A DNA stretch of 64,000 nt from Atribacterota bacterium (GCA_040767965.1 JAXGNR010000007.1:32001-96000); one strand, 5' to 3'; counted from the first letter of the stretch, positions 41,278 to 51,184 are shown. The notes: generated from the sequence alone by a model not told the origin. Program-made: numbers and translations.

Positions 41278-41718
41278 TTAGCTAAAAAAAATACCCATAG
41301 GAACCTTTAACCTTAAAAATACACTAAATGTAAAATACAAAAAAACAACAAAAAGAATCGGGACTCCTAATATAACTACCTTATCCTTTACTCCAATATA
41401 TAGTAATACTACTATTATAAATAATAAGCTACTTACATATAGTCCCAGGAAATTGATTGACAATATATAACCAGTTATCATTAAAATAAAAATAATAACT
41501 CTCAATAAAGATTCTTTGGATAAGGACTGAATACTAACACTCTTCTTTTCTTTGGTAAACCTGTCCTTTATAACCATAAAAATACTAAAAATTATTATCA
41601 GACTTAGTGAAAATCTTGGTAATGCAGCTGGGCTGGGATCCCATCTTAATGTTTGGTTATAGAAAAAAATGGACAATAATATAAAACAAGTTGCAAATAT
41701 CAAATTTGCCTTTTTCAA
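41278..41718 (-). CDS. tctB: TTT small permease
   Basis: About 4 TM helices, C-terminal L..P.G; operon position. Confidence 0.85.
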   Translation of the reverse strand: MKKANLIFATCFILLSIFFYNQTLRWDPSPAALPRFSLSLIIIFSIFMVIKDRFTKEKKSVSIQSLSKESLLRVIIFILMITGYILSINFLGLYVSSLLFIIVVLLYIGVKDKVVILGVPILFVVFLYFTFSVFLRLKVPMGIFFS

Positions 41719-41737
41719 AATTATTTTCTCCTTTTCC

Positions 41738-41782
41738 TAACCAGGGCAGTAAAGGGGTTTAAACCCTTTACTGCCCTGGTTA
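41738..41782 (-). other. Strong stem-loop downstream of tctC, no U-tract
   Basis: 19-bp perfect stem TAACCAGGGCAGTAAAGGG / CCCTTTACTGCCCTGGTTA directly before the tctB RBS. Confidence 0.7.
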
Positions 41783-41848
41783 TTTATATATTTAATTCAC
41801 TAAAATCATTATAAAATTCAAGTTATGATTAAAATTAAATATTAAAAT

Positions 41849-42820
41849 TTATAAAATTTCGTCTAATAATACTCCCTTTATATCTTCAAAAGAAGAATTC
41901 CAGTATTCTGTATACTTTTCTCTGTTCATAGGTACTACATTTATTCCAAGCTCTTTTGCTTTTTCTAAAAACTCAGGATCGTGAACTGCTTGGTCTATTG
42001 CCTTTTCCATAGTATCTATTATTTCTTCTGGGGTTCCTTTTAAGAAGGACCATCCTCTTGAAGAACCACCAACAACATTATATCCAAGTTCAACTGTGGT
42101 AGGTACATCGGGAACAAAAGGACATCTTTCATCAGATAGAACAGCTAAAGCCTTTAATCTTCCATCCTGCAGCTGAGTCATAACTCCCCCAACATTTAAT
42201 ATTGAAGATTCTATATGTTTACCAATAAGGGATTGAATTACAAATCCATCTGACTCAAAAGCTACTAAAATATTGTCAATTCCAGTTGCTTTCTGCAGTA
42301 ATTTAGCAGCAATCCAATCATCTCCGCCTACGCCGGTACTACTTAAAGTTACCATTCCGGGGTTTTCTTTGCAATATTCGATATACTCTTCAAGGGTATT
42401 GATGGGGCTGTCTCCTCTTACAAGAAGAATATTAGGGTCTACAACTATATTGTATACAGGAACAATATCTTCCCATTCGTGTTTTTTTTCATCTTTCCTC
42501 ATAATTTCTGTTGCCGCTAAATGTGGAACTTTTGATAAACCTAAAGTGTATCCATCAGGCTTAGTACTATTTGCAATATAAGCCCAAGCTACGGTCATTC
42601 CAGCTCCAATCTTATAATCACAAACTGTCCTCACACCTAAATACTTTTCCAGGTAAGGCTTGAACGTTTGAGCAATTAAATCGTCTCCGCCTCCAGCAGA
42701 TGAGGCCATTAGAAGTGTTACTTCTCTTTCTGGATATGCAGCTAAGCTAAAATTACAAATTGATATAAGTAACAAAATAGTAATAGAAATTAATATAACC
42801 ATTCTTTCTTTTCTAAACAT
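41849..42820 (-). CDS. tctC: TTT substrate-binding protein
   Basis: YPE, AGGG.D, PDGYT, PDVPT..E.G. Confidence 0.92.
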   Translation of the reverse strand: MFRKERMVILISITILLLISICNFSLAAYPEREVTLLMASSAGGGDDLIAQTFKPYLEKYLGVRTVCDYKIGAGMTVAWAYIANSTKPDGYTLGLSKVPHLAATEIMRKDEKKHEWEDIVPVYNIVVDPNILLVRGDSPINTLEEYIEYCKENPGMVTLSSTGVGGDDWIAAKLLQKATGIDNILVAFESDGFVIQSLIGKHIESSILNVGGVMTQLQDGRLKALAVLSDERCPFVPDVPTTVELGYNVVGGSSRGWSFLKGTPEEIIDTMEKAIDQAVHDPEFLEKAKELGINVVPMNREKYTEYWNSSFEDIKGVLLDEIL

Positions 42821-42902
42821 TTAAATACCTCCAAATAAATTATGTTTCTTCTCATTTTTATATTTTATTTAAAACAAAAAATTAATATAATAAAATAATT
42901 TA

Positions 42903-43586
42903 TTATATTAATTCACATCCCTTTTTATTCAAGGTTTCATCAACCCAGGATCTATCCTGGGTACCTTCTTCAATATCTTTAGTGCTTTTTTCCTCTTTTA
43001 TAAATATAGTTTGCAGTTTTTCTAAAACAGATTCAGCTTCTGCTAAAGGAATTACAGCAACACCATCTCTATCTCCAACGATAATATCCCCAGGCATTAT
43101 TACGACCCCACCACACGAAATGGGAACATTGATTTCTCCTGGACCATCTTTGTATGGACCTCTAGGGTTAGCTCCGATTGCAAAAACAGGAAATTTTGAC
43201 TTTTCAATGTCTTCGGCATCTCTAATACATCCATCTACAACATAACCAGCACATTTTCTGTTTATAGCCATATGTACCATGTGATCACCAAAAATAGCAG
43301 CATTTGTACTTCCTTCTGCATCAATAACAATTACATCTCCTGGCTTTACCATATCCAATGCCTTATGAACCATTAAATTATCTGCAATTCTTGTTTTAAC
43401 GGTAAAAGCACTCCCAACCATTTTGATGCTGCTGTCTTTATTGATCATTTTAATCTTGGAATCTAGACAATAAAACCTATTAACGCAATCTCCAATGAAG
43501 GCAGTTTGTGTATTTTTAAATTTTTCTAATAATTCATTTCCTGGTCTTTGTATATCCCTAATAATTCTAAATCCTAAATTTGACAT
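42903..43586 (-). CDS. RraA family protein
   Basis: Paralog of 23092-23778; DG.IRD, GPYKDGPGE, GD.DGV. Confidence 0.88.
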   Translation of the reverse strand: MSNLGFRIIRDIQRPGNELLEKFKNTQTAFIGDCVNRFYCLDSKIKMINKDSSIKMVGSAFTVKTRIADNLMVHKALDMVKPGDVIVIDAEGSTNAAIFGDHMVHMAINRKCAGYVVDGCIRDAEDIEKSKFPVFAIGANPRGPYKDGPGEINVPISCGGVVIMPGDIIVGDRDGVAVIPLAEAESVLEKLQTIFIKEEKSTKDIEEGTQDRSWVDETLNKKGCELI

Positions 43587-44131
43587 TTTTTATCTCCTAT
43601 TGCAGTTGTTATTTTTATAAAATATAGCAATTAAAATTATTTACCTCCTTCCTTTTTATATATTTATATAGCTTATCTTTTTCTGAAATTATTTTTTATC
43701 CAACAACTCGTATAAGATTAGCTATAAAGAACAAAGTATAATTTAATTTTTTAAATAATTAAACTCTGCGAGATTAATTATTTATAGGGTTTTACACAGA
43801 TAAAACTCTAGATTGCTTGGAAAGTGTATGCAAAAAAATTGTTACAATAGGCTAGATGTAATTAAAGATATTTTCATTTAAAAATATTATAGTTTTATTC
43901 TAAGATAAAACCGTATTGATATAAAAACTGCTGGTTAAATTTAATATATTAATACTTTTGTAATACCTTTAATATTTGATAGGATTAAAATTATATTTTT
44001 TCAATAACAATTTTTATATAAATGTTTTAACATTATAAAATATACATATTTTTTTTGCAATATTTGTGTTAAATAAATATTTGAAAATATATAATATTAA
44101 TTTTCAGTTGTAAAAACTTGTAAATATTATA

Positions 44132-44977
44132 CTAAAAAATATTTTTTACAAAAGCAGGTAGCATAAAAGCAGCTTCATGGATTCCTGAGTGGTAATACTT
44201 TAGATCGATTAAGCTTTCTGCCCTTTCAGAAATAAAATTATTAATAGGATGATATTTTTTAGAACAGAAACTAAATCCTATCATGCCACTGGGATAAGTT
44301 GGCACCATAGTATAATAATAATAAGGTATGGGAAAAATATTTTTGATGAATTGAAAAATATTTTTGATGAAATTTGCATGCCAAAAAAGAGATTCCATTT
44401 GGGTCACAGCAATTCCATCATCTTTTAGTGAATTATAAAGTGATTGATAAAATTTTTCAGTAAACAGGGTAGTGCCTGGCCCAATAGGGTCAGATGAATC
44501 TACTATTATTACATCATACTGCTTTTCTTTTCTTTCTAAAAATTTAGAGCCATCTTCATAGTAGACTTCAACTTTTGGATTATTAAAACTGCTGGCTAAT
44601 GCCGGGAAGAATTCCTGACATATATCAATAACCTTTTTGTCTATCTCGCAAACATCAATTTTTTTAACAGACTTATGTTTTAATATTTCTCTAACAGTTC
44701 CGCCATCTCCTCCACCAATAACCAATACTTTTTCAGGAGATGAGTGAACACATAGGGGGACATGTGCAATCATTTCATGATAGTTCATTTCATCTGCTTC
44801 AGTTAGCATAATAATACCATCATTTATCAGCACTTTACCAAAAGCTGGTGTTTCAACTACAGATATTTCCTGAAAAGGAGATGTTATTTTTTTAAGGACG
44901 TTATCGCCTTTTATTTGCAAATAACGTCCTTTTTCTCTCTCATATTGATCGCCAAACCATAATTCTAATCTATTCAA
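44132..44977 (-). CDS. speE: Spermidine synthase (polyamine aminopropyltransferase)
   Basis: YHEM, IGGGDGG, EID, DSSDP, PTYP.G. Confidence 0.95.
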   Translation of the reverse strand: MNRLELWFGDQYEREKGRYLQIKGDNVLKKITSPFQEISVVETPAFGKVLINDGIIMLTEADEMNYHEMIAHVPLCVHSSPEKVLVIGGGDGGTVREILKHKSVKKIDVCEIDKKVIDICQEFFPALASSFNNPKVEVYYEDGSKFLERKEKQYDVIIVDSSDPIGPGTTLFTEKFYQSLYNSLKDDGIAVTQMESLFWHANFIKNIFQFIKNIFPIPYYYYTMVPTYPSGMIGFSFCSKKYHPINNFISERAESLIDLKYYHSGIHEAAFMLPAFVKNIF

Positions 44978-44982
44978 GACAC

Positions 44983-45375
44983 TTACTTCCTTAATATATA
45001 ATGAATATTTACATCTTTTGCTTGAAAATATTTTTGGGTAAAATCTGCAGCAATTTGAGGATCATAATATTTGCAGCTAAAAATATCAATATAAGCACTG
45101 TTTGTTAAATTAGCAAAATGACCTGATATTAAAGATGTTTCTATTAATTGAGTCATTGAAAAACCAGCAACTCTTTCATCTTCACCAAAATTAACAACCA
45201 GAGTTTCGCCGAACTTTTTCATTTCTATAAGCTCGCATAGCTGATTTACATATTCTTTTATTGCTTGGGCATCCCTAATCATTTCCCCATTACAATGGTG
45301 CAAGTCAAGACTTGTTAATAATCCCCAAACATCTTCTTTAAAATATTTTTCTTTTAATTCAGATAAATTTTTCAT
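44983..45375 (-). CDS. Divergent SpeD/AdoMetDC-family pyruvoyl decarboxylase, possible ornithine or arginine decarboxylase
   Basis: AdoMetDC fold motifs DL..C, IETSLISGH (variant cleavage site), DIFSC. Confidence 0.7.
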   Translation of the reverse strand: MKNLSELKEKYFKEDVWGLLTSLDLHHCNGEMIRDAQAIKEYVNQLCELIEMKKFGETLVVNFGEDERVAGFSMTQLIETSLISGHFANLTNSAYIDIFSCKYYDPQIAADFTQKYFQAKDVNIHYILRK

Positions 45376-45376
45376 T

Positions 45377-45775
45377 TTAATATACCCCCACTTTTGGAGA
45401 TGATTTTTTATTTATTTTTATTGGAAAACGAATATTTCCTCTTCTCATTTCTGTGACTGAGATAGTTTTAACATCTAACTCTTTTTCAATAAAATCTAAA
45501 GCTTTCTGGCTGTCAACATCTTTCCCGCAAGTAAATATATCTAGTGCAGCATAACCATACTCAGGCCAAGTATGTATGGTAAAGTGAGACTCTGCAATAA
45601 TCACCACTCCACTGACACCTTGAGGTGCAAATTGATGAAAAGACGATTTTAAAGCGGTAGCACCAGACACGTAAACTGCTTCTTCTAGTACTGCTTCCAG
45701 CCTATTAAGATCATTCAGTTTTTCTGCATCACATTCATATAATTCTACTAACAAATGATTTCCCAAATAATCCAT
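45377..45775 (-). CDS. speD: S-adenosylmethionine decarboxylase proenzyme (class 1B)
   Basis: G.H, F.PQGVS, AESH..IHTWPE, DIFTCG. Confidence 0.92.
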   Translation of the reverse strand: MDYLGNHLLVELYECDAEKLNDLNRLEAVLEEAVYVSGATALKSSFHQFAPQGVSGVVIIAESHFTIHTWPEYGYAALDIFTCGKDVDSQKALDFIEKELDVKTISVTEMRRGNIRFPIKINKKSSPKVGVY

Positions 45776-45938
45776 TTTTTAGACCCTCTTATTTACATTA
45801 AAATTATCTGTGACCTAGACTAGAATAAAATAACAGAAATATTTCTAAAAATCAATCTTTTTTTAAAATAATTCTAATTATTTTTATTTTTTGCCTTTAA
45901 ATCCTTTTTTAAATACTTAAAATCATTTTTTCTAATAT

Positions 45939-46637
45939 TTAAGCAGTTTCAATTGCCAATTCAGCCATTTCAGTAAAGGTTTTTTCTCTCTCTTCTGCAG
46001 TTGTTTTTTCACCCGTTACAAGGCTATCACTGACTGTTAAAATAGAGAGGGCATTGACTTTAAACTTTGCAGCAATAGTATATAGTGCAGCTGTTTCCAT
46101 TTCTATTGCCAATGAACCATAATCAGCCCATATTTTCCAATGATTTTCATTATCATGATAAAACATGTCTGTAGTGAATACGCTTCCTATTTTTACCTGA
46201 ATTCTCTTTTGCAGTGCCAGAAGTTCTGTTTTTTTCAATAGATAATAAGAAGCTGTAGGGGCATAATCCATGTTATTAAACTGAAGCTTATTAAAGCTGG
46301 AATCAGTAGAAGCACTTATAGCCAGGATTATATCCCTTACTTTTATATCTGACTGCAAAGAACCACAGCTGCCTATCCTGATTAAATTTTCTACATTATA
46401 CCGGTTGATTAACTCATAAGCATAAATTGAAATTGAAGGTATTCCAATTCCGGTTCCCTGGACCGAAATAAGTTTGCCTTTATACCTGCCGGTATAACCA
46501 TACATTCCTCTTGTATTATTGTAACAATAAGATTCTTCTAAATAAGTCTCTGCAATAAATTTAGCCCTTAAAGGATCTCCAGGCAATAATACAGTAGAGG
46601 CAATATCTCCTTTTTCAGCATCAATATGTAAACTCAT
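45939..46637 (-). CDS. deoD: Purine nucleoside phosphorylase (hexameric type)
   Basis: [26 protein letters not shown]. Confidence 0.95.
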   Translation of the reverse strand: MSLHIDAEKGDIASTVLLPGDPLRAKFIAETYLEESYCYNNTRGMYGYTGRYKGKLISVQGTGIGIPSISIYAYELINRYNVENLIRIGSCGSLQSDIKVRDIILAISASTDSSFNKLQFNNMDYAPTASYYLLKKTELLALQKRIQVKIGSVFTTDMFYHDNENHWKIWADYGSLAIEMETAALYTIAAKFKVNALSILTVSDSLVTGEKTTAEEREKTFTEMAELAIETA

Positions 46638-46843
46638 ATTACCGCCTCCTTTTACTGTTTTATTTTTATTTAATATATATTTGTGTTTATACCATTTGTT
46701 AACATTTTTAGAATACAGTTTTTAAGCTAATAAATATAGTAGTTAGTAGTAGTTTAAAATTATTATTTTCATTATTATATTTCAATATAGTTATTAAGTT
46801 ATTATTTTTTGTTTTTTATTTTCCTCTATTTGCATTATATAAT

Positions 46844-48574
46844 GTTAGTGTAAAATTTACTGGGGTACTTAAAGATACTTTAAACTTGCTTACTAACATA
46901 AAAAAGGTGTAGACTTACCTAAAAATACCCATCAAAGTATCCTTTAAATAAAGGAGGTAAGACTACACCTATGGATATTGATATGATAACCATAACTTTT
47001 CCCCAGGTCAAGGTAGAAATTCCAATAAAGGATCTCACCTTTGACACTCTGGAGAACCTGATCTTTGACATGATGCAAAAAATTGCCCAGATGGTCTTTA
47101 CCAAAGTGCTCTCTGATATTGATGACTACCTGCGCAAGAACAGAAGACGTGGAAAACTGAAAAATACCGGTAAAAGAAGCAAAACCTTCTTAACCCGTTT
47201 TGGTGATGTCTCCTTTTCCCGCACCCGTTACCTTGAGAAGACCGGTAAAGCCCAATACCTGTTGGATGAGGCTCTTTCTACCATCAAAAACCAGCGGATC
47301 AGCCTTTCCCGTGCCATGACCGAGTGTTTACTTGCCAGCTTATCTTCCTACCGGGAAGTGGTAGGCCAAACCAAGCTTTTACTGGGTCATACCCGCAGCC
47401 ATGAGTCTATACGCAAAAACGTACTATCTGAGGCTAGGCTGATCATCGAACATGAAAAAAAGAGACTACAGCAGCTGGAGAATCTGGATATTTCCGCAAA
47501 AGAAGCACCGGATGTTGTCTATACCGAAGCTGATGCCACCTATCTCAAACTACAGAAACCGGAAAAAGACAAAAAGCTGGAAGTCAAAATCGGGATCGGT
47601 TATTGTGGTAAGGAAAATCGTTATTCCAGCGGTAATTCCCAAAGACTGAAAGAAAAGTTCCTCTACCTGGGTACCGGCAAGAATTTTATGTATAACTTTA
47701 GCCTAAGAGCAGAAGAAGAACTAAACATCTCCCAATCTAAAAAGCAGTACTTCGGGGCAGACGGAGACAAGTGGATCACCTCCGGAATCCGTGACTACTT
47801 CCCTTCTGCCACTTATCTACTTTGCCGTTTTCACCTGAACAAACGCCTCAAGGAAGCTCTTCCGGGCAATAAGACCCAGCAGAAGCTGATCAGAAGCTTA
47901 CTTTTATCCGACCGGATTGATGAAGCCCTAGCCAGGATTGACAATCTCTTGGTAGTCTCTTCTGAGCCAAAACAGAAAAAGCTTTTGGCAGACTTTTACT
48001 CCTATATAGCGAACAACCGCCAGGGGATCAGTAATCAGGCAACTCTAAAGGACAAGGACATCGCCAAAACAGGAGCGATTGAGTCCAATGTCAAACTGGC
48101 CATTGCTAACCGCTTTAAAAAGCAGGGCAGAAGCTGGAGCAAAAAAGGAGCATTCTCTTTACTGAAGGTAAAAGAAACCATTCTAAATGGCAAGTGGGAT
48201 TCCTGGTGGGGCAAAGAAAGGAACCATCCTATCAAGATAACACCACTTAAACCACCCTTATCAGCATCTTCTTTTACCAAAGAAGTTTCTTCTTCCCCGG
48301 TAATCCAGGCTAAGATCCCGGCCTTGGATGGACCGAATCAGGATAAACCCTGGGTAGGTGTTTTAAGAAAATTATCTCAATTAGAGCTTGTGTAATTAAA
48401 TAGAAAAAATTTAAAAAAGCATATTTCGTATTTATGACTGTAAATTAAATAAAAGAAGGGTATTTGATGTGTATTAAAACTAATATAGTCTTTTCAAATC
48501 TGTAAGGTAGCTCTGCCTTAAACCATAAACATTTTGGCAGTGGAAAAAAGTACCTACAAAAATTTGACACAGAC
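46844..48574 (+). mobile_element. Complete ISLre2-family insertion sequence, about 1731 bp
   Basis: 27-bp imperfect terminal inverted repeats (19/27: GTTAGTGTAAAATTTACTGGGGTACTT vs GTCTGTGTCAAATTTTTGTAGGTACTT); 9-bp TSD TTATATAAT at 46835-46843 and 48575-48583; visibly higher GC than flanks. Confidence 0.9.
46971..48395 (+). CDS. ISLre2 family (UPF0236) DDE transposase
   Basis: EAD, GADG..WI, LC.FH, GAIES, RFK..GRSWS. Confidence 0.9.
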   Translation: MDIDMITITFPQVKVEIPIKDLTFDTLENLIFDMMQKIAQMVFTKVLSDIDDYLRKNRRRGKLKNTGKRSKTFLTRFGDVSFSRTRYLEKTGKAQYLLDEALSTIKNQRISLSRAMTECLLASLSSYREVVGQTKLLLGHTRSHESIRKNVLSEARLIIEHEKKRLQQLENLDISAKEAPDVVYTEADATYLKLQKPEKDKKLEVKIGIGYCGKENRYSSGNSQRLKEKFLYLGTGKNFMYNFSLRAEEELNISQSKKQYFGADGDKWITSGIRDYFPSATYLLCRFHLNKRLKEALPGNKTQQKLIRSLLLSDRIDEALARIDNLLVVSSEPKQKKLLADFYSYIANNRQGISNQATLKDKDIAKTGAIESNVKLAIANRFKKQGRSWSKKGAFSLLKVKETILNGKWDSWWGKERNHPIKITPLKPPLSASSFTKEVSSSPVIQAKIPALDGPNQDKPWVGVLRKLSQLELV

Positions 48575-48590
48575 TTATATAATATATTTC

Positions 48591-48619
48591 TTTAAATACC
48601 ATCAAAATTAAGCTATAAT
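48591..48619 (+). promoter_or_regulatory. Putative sigma-A promoter of the DUF4230 gene
   Basis: TTTAAA-17 nt-TATAAT, 16 nt from the IS right end. Confidence 0.45.
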
Positions 48620-48682
48620 TAAAAATAAATAAAATATTTCCTTAAACTATTCAAATTGTGTAACAAAAGAAAGGTTTTTAGA

Positions 48683-49423
48683 ATGGCTGATAATATTATT
48701 TTAATAGCTGCTGGATTTTTACTTGCAACTATTTCTTTTATAATTTTGTGGTGGTTTTTTTTCAGAACAAAAAAACCTGTTAAGCAAATAAAAATATATT
48801 CCTCTATCGAACAACTCCGTTCTGTCGGTGAATTGGTAGCCTTTAAAATGGTTACAAAAGAAATAGTAACTGCCTCTCAACACTGGTTTGGAGAATCTGG
48901 TAAGAAATATTTTCAATGGTTAATCTCAACAAAGAAAATGGCTATGATCTTTGAATTTGATATAGACTTTAGATATGATTTACGCAGCCCTGATTTTAAA
49001 ATCGAGCAGCAAAGCGAAGGTCAATATACACTTAAAATGCCCCCATGCATATATCAGGTTCATATAAGAGATATTAGTTTCTATGATGAACAAAGCTCGA
49101 AATTTTTACCATGGCTGCTCCCTGATTTATTAAACAGGGCATTTGGTTCTGTTTTTAGCGAAGAAGATAAAAACCAATTAAAGGAAGAGGCAAAAAACCA
49201 GGCTGCCCAGCTAGCCGAAGGAGTTGTCAATAAATTACAATCTGAAGTAGAGAATTCTGCAAGACAAACTTTACAAACTTTAACAAAAGGTTTTGATATA
49301 AAACAGGTCAGAATTGATTTTAGCCAATCGAAAATAATACCCAGCAAGATTAATGCTACTGAATTAGAAGTTAATATGGAGAAAACTAATATTAACAGGA
49401 ATCAATTAATTAATAAAAAATAA
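48683..49423 (+). CDS. DUF4230-like membrane-anchored protein
   Basis: N-terminal TM helix, then i..l..vgeL, YDL, l.mP.c, A...L..l..gf pattern; ATG at 48683. Confidence 0.6.
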   Translation: MADNIILIAAGFLLATISFIILWWFFFRTKKPVKQIKIYSSIEQLRSVGELVAFKMVTKEIVTASQHWFGESGKKYFQWLISTKKMAMIFEFDIDFRYDLRSPDFKIEQQSEGQYTLKMPPCIYQVHIRDISFYDEQSSKFLPWLLPDLLNRAFGSVFSEEDKNQLKEEAKNQAAQLAEGVVNKLQSEVENSARQTLQTLTKGFDIKQVRIDFSQSKIIPSKINATELEVNMEKTNINRNQLINKK

Positions 49424-49436
49424 AGTTAATTATAAT

Positions 49437-50153
49437 TTATCTTTTTCTGCCTTGCTGGAAACCTCGCCCAATTCTGATTTCAGCTGCTGAAAATTTTTCT
49501 TCGGAAACTTTGTTACCAATTATTTTTATATTCAATCCTTCTGTCAAAGAAATATTTCCTCTAATTCTAGCTTTACTATAGTCTATATACCACTCATTTT
49601 CAAAATAATCTTTTAGCCAGATTGATTTATTTTGCACATCCATTTTGGCAATCATGCCTGTAATCAATCCTTTTTCAGGATGCATCCATTGGTTTTCTCC
49701 AGTAAAGACTAGTCTGTGGTAACCAGGAATTCTGCTTTTAATATGTTTTTCTACCACTTCTGTCAAACCATATTGATAGAAAATAACTCCCAGGAAAATA
49801 CTGATGCTCAAACTGATGACAAATATCAATATGAAGCGATATCGGTACCCAGTCCGGGTATGTACAAAATTATAGTATGTCACAAAAATAAAGAACAACA
49901 AAATTATAATCCAAAGGTATGGTATGCTTGTAATTAAAGCTTTTGGCAGGCTCATTCCCAGGTAGTTAAATATATCCCAATCCAGGTTAGTAATTGTTAA
50001 TAAAATCATACCAAAAGCAATACCACCGAAAATAGTATTAATAATAAACATTATCCAAAAAAAATAATTTCTAGTTAGAAAATACCATTTTGGTTTAGGT
50101 GATACTTTTTCATTTTTTATTTTTTCTAATATTTCCTTACTAATATCATTCAT
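49437..50153 (-). CDS. Membrane protein, putative anti-sigma factor
   Basis: About 3 TM helices plus a soluble C-terminal domain; ATGA overlap with the ECF sigma gene. Confidence 0.55.
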   Translation of the reverse strand: MNDISKEILEKIKNEKVSPKPKWYFLTRNYFFWIMFIINTIFGGIAFGMILLTITNLDWDIFNYLGMSLPKALITSIPYLWIIILLFFIFVTYYNFVHTRTGYRYRFILIFVISLSISIFLGVIFYQYGLTEVVEKHIKSRIPGYHRLVFTGENQWMHPEKGLITGMIAKMDVQNKSIWLKDYFENEWYIDYSKARIRGNISLTEGLNIKIIGNKVSEEKFSAAEIRIGRGFQQGRKR

Positions 50154-50737
50154 AAATTAATACCTGACCTATTTTCATCTATTTTTGCAAGTAGAATTTT
50201 TTTAGCTCGATTAATTAATGTTCCGATGGTTCCAACCGGCTTTTTTAAAATATCACCAATTTCCTGATAATCCATTCCTTCAACAAATTTTAACAGTAAA
50301 ACCTCTTTATACTTTAAAGGAAGTAAGTCAATAACACTGAGCAAGTTATTATAATCTATTTTATTAAAAATGCCTTGTTCTAAATCAAAATCTGATTTTA
50401 CAATTTGATCCAGGTCGTGCTCATCCCAGGATAAGTCTTGAATATTTTTTGTTCTTTTTCTTAACATGCTTATGGTTTGATTATGGGCAATCCTGTAAAC
50501 CCAGCTTGAAAATTTAAATCTTTGATCATAATCATTAAGGTTTTTATAAGCAAGAATAAACACTTCCTGTAATATATCTTCAACTGTAGCCTGATCTACG
50601 CCTGACAATTTTCGTATATATTTCATTAAAGGAACTTCATATCTTTTCATCAGACAATAGTAATATTCCTGGCTTTTCAGGCTTAGAATTACTAATTGAA
50701 GATCAGTTTTTAGCTCACATTCAATAATATTGATCAT
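50150..50737 (-). CDS. ECF RNA polymerase sigma factor
   Basis: EDILQEVF, F.SW.YRIA.N, LP...EV..L, Y.EI..IL....GT....I.RA. Confidence 0.92.
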   Translation of the reverse strand: MINIIECELKTDLQLVILSLKSQEYYYCLMKRYEVPLMKYIRKLSGVDQATVEDILQEVFILAYKNLNDYDQRFKFSSWVYRIAHNQTISMLRKRTKNIQDLSWDEHDLDQIVKSDFDLEQGIFNKIDYNNLLSVIDLLPLKYKEVLLLKFVEGMDYQEIGDILKKPVGTIGTLINRAKKILLAKIDENRSGINL

Positions 50738-51121
50738 AATCTTTGCTTTCTTTTTTATACTACACTATTTTATTACATTGTTACTAAAAATAAAACCAAA
50801 ACATCTCTGTAATAAAAAATACAACAGACATATTTAAAATATCAGAATAATAAAATCTAATCTTTTTTTGTCTTTTAAATGATATTGTAAATTAGGAAAT
50901 AGTTTATTTTACAGAACAGCTGAAGTTCAATAAACTATTATTTTAATTTATTTTATCTATAAAAATGGCTTAAACTGATAATAAAACAGGAATTAAATCT
51001 TTGAAATGTTAACAGGCGATATTATGTATTTAAAGAATTGGATTTTTTAAATAATTCAATATTAAAGGCAATTTTCAGGAAATAAAAATATTATTAAAAA
51101 CTTAAAAATAAATTATAATAA

Positions 51122-51163
51122 AAAAATAATACCATATTTATTAAGCAACATGGTATTATTTTT
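51122..51163 (-). terminator. Terminator after tctA
   Basis: AAAAATAATACCAT / ATGGTATTATTTTT inverted repeat with a T-run. Confidence 0.55.
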
Positions 51164-51184
51164 ATGTCAGTATAATTTTTATAT

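Noticed and set aside
48564-48590. Hybrid promoter from the IS outward TTGACA and flanking TATAAT
   Set aside because: Spacing to TATAAT (48578) is only 8 nt, with no -10 at 16-18 nt
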